Below, one piece after another: positions 46,079 to 50,739 of a stretch of 50,739 nucleotides of DNA. The stretch is from the NCBI GenBank assembly GCA_002722595.1, contig PBMO01000046.1:1-50739 (forward strand), read 5' to 3'. Position 1 is the first letter of the stretch; the number at the start of each line of letters is the position of its first letter. The translations under genes and the position numbers were made by a program. This DNA comes from Methanobacteriota archaeon. Lineage in GTDB: Archaea; Thermoplasmatota; Poseidoniia; Poseidoniales; Thalassarchaeaceae. The notes under the pieces were generated by a model that worked only from the letters and a program-made list of their open reading frames with translations, did no database searches and was not told the origin of the DNA.

Positions 46079-46549
46079 TCATTGTGGCGATGGTTCTGAA
46101 TTCAAGGGGCCGAACATCAACCATCCCTTTTTGCCACGATAAAATCCAATAATTTGGCCCCGTATTTTCAACCCTCTCCGCTTATACAAGCGAATCGCAG
46201 AATCGTTATCTTGTCGAACTTCTAGTTGCACTTCTTTGATTCCCATCCGAATCGCCTCATCTGCAAATTTCTTCCACCCTGTGTGGCCTAGCCCCTTCCC
46301 TTGGAGATTTGTGTGGATTGAAAATGCCAGTACTCGAGCACATTCCCCACTCATCTTCATTGCCCAAAGAATACCGTAGTCAATTTCTCCATCAGTCAGG
46401 ATAAAGCGACCAAATTTCGGATCTAATGGCAACATTTTCAATCTTTCAATATCATATGATTCGCCAGTTGTGGATTGAATTAATTTGCGAACTTTTTCGA
46501 CACGTGATTCTTCCCATTGGCGGATTTCTGGACTAATTGACCAGTACAA
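46079..46549 (-). CDS. GNAT (RimI-like) acetyltransferase
   Basis: LQGKGLG, LEVRQDN..A..LY...G, FY. Probable TTG start at 46549 after GGGGTGA; the ORF is open to 46612. Confidence 0.85.
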   Translation of the reverse strand: MYWSISPEIRQWEESRVEKVRKLIQSTTGESYDIERLKMLPLDPKFGRFILTDGEIDYGILWAMKMSGECARVLAFSIHTNLQGKGLGHTGWKKFADEAIRMGIKEVQLEVRQDNDSAIRLYKRRGLKIRGQIIGFYRGKKGWLMFGPLNSEPSPQ

Positions 46550-46565
46550 TTGGATAGAATCACCC

Positions 46566-47564
46566 CTAGCGTGAATCTCTCTCACCAGAGCCCAGAGTTC
46601 TCCGCTTACCACGCGCTGCCCCCGACTTTCGCCGCCGCTTTTTTGTCGGTTGAGATACAGAACCTCCCTCCGCTTCTTGCTGCTCGGATATTGCAGATAT
46701 ATTTCCAGCCTTGAGAAGTGCAGACATCTCTTCTATTGAAAGCGATTCGCCACTAACTGCCTTTGCCTTTACATCTTCAATACGTGGACCAATTTTCCGA
46801 CCCTTATGTCCTCGCTCAGATTTTTTCCGCAATCTCAAGTAGGCTTCGATTCTACCAACTTCTTTCCGCATTTTCTTAATTGCGGAGCTCTGTTTTTTGA
46901 TGTCGTCTAACATCTCTGATATGCGATCATTTTGCTTTCGAATATCCTTTGGATTGGGGCCTTTTTCGACTGTTTTTTCGCCATCAGCATTTTCAGCATT
47001 ACCTGTTTCTAATTTGAGTTGATCAAGGTCCTTCAGCATTTCACCTTGTTGTCGCAGTAGATCAATGTATTTTTGATGTAAATCATTTCCTAATTTCTTC
47101 TTCACATACATGGCCTGTAACTCGAAAAAGAACGAAAATAATTTCACCTCATGATTCTGATTAGGCATCATCGACAAGTCACTCGGCATCGTAGATAATC
47201 GTGCATATGTTTGGCCCAACCGCTCCTCTATTATTTCGAGAGGAGGTGGGACATTTTCGTTGATCTGGTCACGCTGTCCCTTCAATCGATTGGCTTCATC
47301 TCGAGTTGCCCGGAATTTGCCCAGTATTGAATTTCTCTCTTTGTTCATCCCTTTGGTAGTTTCATGCATGGCGCGCATTGATTGAACTATTGAAATCTCA
47401 GCTTGTCTTTCTTCTTGGGCGGTTGTTTTCTGCCTTTCTGCAGCTTTTAGATTCGCCCTTATCGAATTACATTTTTCTGCTAGTTCTTGAGTAGGAATAT
47501 CTTCTAAATCATCAAATAATCCAGAATTGTTTTTCACCGATCTTTTCGGTTTATCCTGACTCAT
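46566..47564 (-). CDS. Coiled-coil protein (COG1340-like paralog)
   Basis: RDEAN..RDQIN heptads, N..HQ.Y, SGESLSIEEMSALL, basic tail. Confidence 0.7.
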   Translation of the reverse strand: MSQDKPKRSVKNNSGLFDDLEDIPTQELAEKCNSIRANLKAAERQKTTAQEERQAEISIVQSMRAMHETTKGMNKERNSILGKFRATRDEANRLKGQRDQINENVPPPLEIIEERLGQTYARLSTMPSDLSMMPNQNHEVKLFSFFFELQAMYVKKKLGNDLHQKYIDLLRQQGEMLKDLDQLKLETGNAENADGEKTVEKGPNPKDIRKQNDRISEMLDDIKKQSSAIKKMRKEVGRIEAYLRLRKKSERGHKGRKIGPRIEDVKAKAVSGESLSIEEMSALLKAGNISAISEQQEAEGGSVSQPTKKRRRKSGAARGKRRTLGSGERDSR

Positions 47565-48373
47565 GCTCCTTCCTCCTTTTTTGAGTTAGGAGATAGTGGT
47601 AGATCCGCATTTTTCCTTTTGATTGTAGATTTACCACCTTGTTGTACGTTTTTTGAATCAGAAAGGAGTGTCCCTGCACCGCTCTTGGAGATTTTCTCCC
47701 AGTAAGTAACCGTGTTCTCGGATTGCTGAATAAGTGCCCTTGCCCTTTCTAACTGGCGCATAGTATTCTTCAACTCAGTTCTTTTCTCAATAAAATCTGC
47801 ATGGATTGGTTCACTTTTTGTAGCATGTGCAAGCATTTCTTGATGACATTTATCTGCCAATATGAATAATTTCTGCATTTTTTTACTTGATGCTATGTAT
47901 TCTGCCATTTGGGGGTTGTTCTTACGACGTTTCTCCAACCAATCTTGATTCTTTTTGAGGAGGCTTTTACGCTGTTCAATTAATTTTCTTTCATCCTCTA
48001 ATGTGAGTGCTTGTTTCTCGATTTTGTTCTCGACTTCTTCGAGTGCTTCTTCGAGTTGTTCCTTAGCCCATTTCGGATCCAAGCTCTTCAGTCCACCCTC
48101 CGTCTCTAACTTGTTGCGCAGGTCCCTAGTTTGCTTGAGCAATTTTCTTGCCTCTATTTGTGCATCATCTCGAATTTTTTTCAGTTCAGCGACTTTATTT
48201 GATTCAGCATCGCGTTTCAATCTCAGTTTCTCCACTAAGGGTGCCAATTGATCAGCTTCTTCACTCATTTTTTTCTCAACATCAGGGAGTATCTTGGCCA
48301 GAACCCTCCGTCGCTCCAGTATGGCCAATGCCATCGCCTCCGGAGTCACGGAAAGTAATTCGTCGATTCCCAT
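47561..48373 (-). CDS. Coiled-coil protein (COG1340-like paralog)
   Basis: RD...V.ELK..RD, ALTLEDERKLIE, AD..HQEM. ATGA overlap with the next gene. Confidence 0.7.
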   Translation of the reverse strand: MGIDELLSVTPEAMALAILERRRVLAKILPDVEKKMSEEADQLAPLVEKLRLKRDAESNKVAELKKIRDDAQIEARKLLKQTRDLRNKLETEGGLKSLDPKWAKEQLEEALEEVENKIEKQALTLEDERKLIEQRKSLLKKNQDWLEKRRKNNPQMAEYIASSKKMQKLFILADKCHQEMLAHATKSEPIHADFIEKRTELKNTMRQLERARALIQQSENTVTYWEKISKSGAGTLLSDSKNVQQGGKSTIKRKNADLPLSPNSKKEEGA

Positions 48374-48472
48374 GTTAACGACTCGCCGAGTCGCAGGTTC
48401 TGCATAAAGGTTGAGCGAAAAACCGCCTTGAGAAAGGCAAGGGTCTTGAACCGGAACTGTTCAACAGCACTC

Positions 48473-50739
48473 ATGACCAAGGGTCATGCGGGTACTTTGC
48501 GAGTGGTGATAGTACTCCTTATGCCAATATTCTTACCATTTGTTTCGGCTTCAGGACAAGGACTCCTTTTGGATGGAGATCAATTCATAGTGGAAGGCGA
48601 TCAGCAAGTTGGTTCTGGCGATATCAATGTAACAGCAGTCGTAGTTTCGCATGATTCTTCATCATCAGGAAATTTGGAAATGGTCCTTACATCGGAGTCG
48701 AATACACAATTAGCATCAGATAATCGTTCAATTTCACTACTCGCGGACGAGTCGGTTACAGAAGTTTTTGATATTCAAGCAGTCCCAATTGGCACACATG
48801 TATTGGTCTTAAGACTCTGGGGTGATGTGGGCGTTGAGTTTGAAAACAACCTCAGTGAGATTCAGATTTATGTCCACAAATATTCTCCTGCCGATGCAGT
48901 GGTGTCACAGCCTCAAAGTTGGACTTTAACACCAATCAATAGTTCGAATAACCAGCCTAGTGGAAATGAATCAATTCGTGATGGGGATGGAATTTTTGCA
49001 GAAATAGGACTGGTTAATACAGGAGATGTATCGTGGGACGGAAATCTCAAAATTCTGATTGATGGAATTCAACAATTACAGCAACCTGTAACTATTTTCG
49101 GAGATTCTACTTTCTACGCAAATGTTTCATTGGGTCCATTCACTGAAGGCGCTGCAATAATCACTGCGATACTAGATGAAAATGGCACTTCAATATCTTC
49201 TGTTTCAACTAATCTAACAATTGGCCCTCCTCCGCTACCCAGGGTAGTGTTCAATTTAGATTCTAATCCAACTGCGCATGAATTAGGCAATTTGGTGCAG
49301 TGGAATATCAGTGTTGAAAATACAGGTGAGATTGCATTTAATGGAGATGTTATATGCAATTTTCCTAGCGCGGTTGAAATAATTAACACAACTGTATCAA
49401 TTCCTCCACAATCCATTTGGAATAGTAGTCTACAAATCACAGTTCGACCAGGTACAATACTCTGTTATGCACAATTTGAACAGCGTATGCATGACGATTC
49501 TCTGACTAACTCAAGTCACGATTATACCATGTCCGCTGGACACCTAATGCGTGCTGGAAGTGATGGGTTGACGATTTCAGGAGGCCCATTTCACGTTGGC
49601 GATCCCATCCCATTAGCGATATTGATTCACAATGGAGGAGACTTTACTGGAAGCGCATCTTTAGAGGTGCGAGAATCCAACCTTGATGGTTCAGAAATGG
49701 GGCAATGGGCTACACTTGAGCAGAGAAATTTAGAGGTTGGAAGTAGCCTCGAATTAGGGGCGAACCATTTCCCAATTTCTTCGGGTGAACGAGAAATTGA
49801 GTGGAGAATAATGAGTTCAGACAGCCTAGTTTCCAATGATTTATCGGGTTCAATCAGTGTCGCAGTGCAACCATCACAGGCTCTGTCTACAGCAATATCT
49901 TCCTGGTCTTGGACGCTTAGTGAAGGTCTGGAAGTAGAGATTACAACATCACTATCGAATGGAGAATCTCGAGAGGTAACACTATCTGTTGGTACCGAAG
50001 GTACATCGGGTGAAGTTGAGCAGATTTCAGCTAACATTCTCCTTTCACCTGGTCAAAGGACGTTGACATATAACCTTGGCCAACCAACTGCATCATCCAA
50101 CGTTTGGGCCCGATTGATACCAGTTGACTGGACTTCATCTACAGTCGCCGAAGATAGTACAACGATTGTACGCCCAGAACCAAGGGCTGTACTTTCAATC
50201 GATTCAGTCGAGCCCACAAATCCAGTCCGAGGAGAATCTGCTACCATAACATACACTTTGGTTAATGAGGGAGGTGGAGATGTTCTAACCGGCCAGTTGA
50301 CATTAATCGACAACAAGGATGGAGAAATTCTGTGGACACAGTCTTCTCAAGCAATCCCTAGTGGTGAGTCAACGACTGCATCTTTCTCCATTTCTGAGTG
50401 GCCAGATTATAATGTTGTAGACATAACTATGTTTTGGGAAACTCCCCATACGAGCGCTGAAACAACAAGTTCAATTCTTTCTCAATCTGAGGCCGAAGGT
50501 AGCGATGATTTAGAAATCGATTGGCTAGCAATTGTTTACGGTGCCTTATTCGGTTTGCTAATTGGATTGGCCACTCGAACAGTTATGCGTGCAAGAGCTG
50601 GAGAGTCAATATTACCGATACGTGAGCAGCGAACCCGGGCCCCAGCTTCTAAGAAATCCAAGCAGGTTGAAGAAAAGGTGGAAGTATCATGCCCAGCATG
50701 TGATCAAAGTCTTCGGGTCCCTGCAACATTTTCGGGTAC
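48473..50739 (+). CDS. Large surface protein with Ig/CARDB-like domains, TM anchor and C-terminal Zn-ribbon (3' truncated; absent from ORF track)
   Basis: MTKGHAGTLRVVIVLLMPIFLPFVSA signal; repeated N.G strands (VNTG, ENTG, HNGG, VNEG). In the same frame near the window end: TM WLAIVYGALFGLLIGL and VSCPACDQSLRVP. Confidence 0.8.
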   Translation, partial: MTKGHAGTLRVVIVLLMPIFLPFVSASGQGLLLDGDQFIVEGDQQVGSGDINVTAVVVSHDSSSSGNLEMVLTSESNTQLASDNRSISLLADESVTEVFDIQAVPIGTHVLVLRLWGDVGVEFENNLSEIQIYVHKYSPADAVVSQPQSWTLTPINSSNNQPSGNESIRDGDGIFAEIGLVNTGDVSWDGNLKILIDGIQQLQQPVTIFGDSTFYANVSLGPFTEGAAIITAILDENGTSISSVSTNLTIGPPPLPRVVFNLDSNPTAHELGNLVQWNISVENTGEIAFNGDVICNFPSAVEIINTTVSIPPQSIWNSSLQITVRPGTILCYAQFEQRMHDDSLTNSSHDYTMSAGHLMRAGSDGLTISGGPFHVGDPIPLAILIHNGGDFTGSASLEVRESNLDGSEMGQWATLEQRNLEVGSSLELGANHFPISSGEREIEWRIMSSDSLVSNDLSGSISVAVQPSQALSTAISSWSWTLSEGLEVEITTSLSNGESREVTLSVGTEGTSGEVEQISANILLSPGQRTLTYNLGQPTASSNVWARLIPVDWTSSTVAEDSTTIVRPEPRAVLSIDSVEPTNPVRGESATITYTLVNEGGGDVLTGQLTLIDNKDGEILWTQSSQAIPSGESTTASFSISEWPDYNVVDITMFWETPHTSAETTSSILSQSEAEGSDDLEIDWLAIVYGALFGLLIGLATRTVMRARAGESILPIREQRTRAPASKKSKQVEEKVEVSCPACDQSLRVPATFSG

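Overview
A gene-dense archaeal chromosome segment. It has an archaeal RNA polymerase cluster with unsplit RpoB, plus L30e, PurP, Pop5 and tRNA-Lys without an encoded CCA. Thrombospondin-repeat surface proteins and bacterial-type metabolic genes suggest Marine Group II Euryarchaeota (Ca. Poseidoniales); this is inference. Contents in order: XPD-type helicase; a G-rich hairpin array next to a tandem ribbon-helix-helix gene; a large beta-propeller/TSP3 surface protein; divergent type II glutamine synthetase and NADP-GDH; a propionyl/methylmalonyl-CoA cluster; coupled asnB-like and gshA-like genes; an unusual Rieske/cytochrome b6 operon; a degenerate FtsZ; a methyltransferase-biotin ligase fusion; the rpo cluster; and three coiled-coil paralogs with a KaiC-like ATPase, a Roadblock protein and a GNAT. 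The strongest candidate for an uncharacterised system is the Rieske/b6 operon: subunit IV is fused to a heterodisulfide-reductase-like Fe-S/CCG module, there is no canonical cytochrome c, and the operon abuts the putative thiol-synthesis genes. Next are the N-terminal domain shared by RpoH and RpoA'' and the hairpin/G-string locus at about 3.9-4.3 kb. No CRISPR array, rRNA or transposase was seen. All calls rest on motif recognition; no database searches were run.
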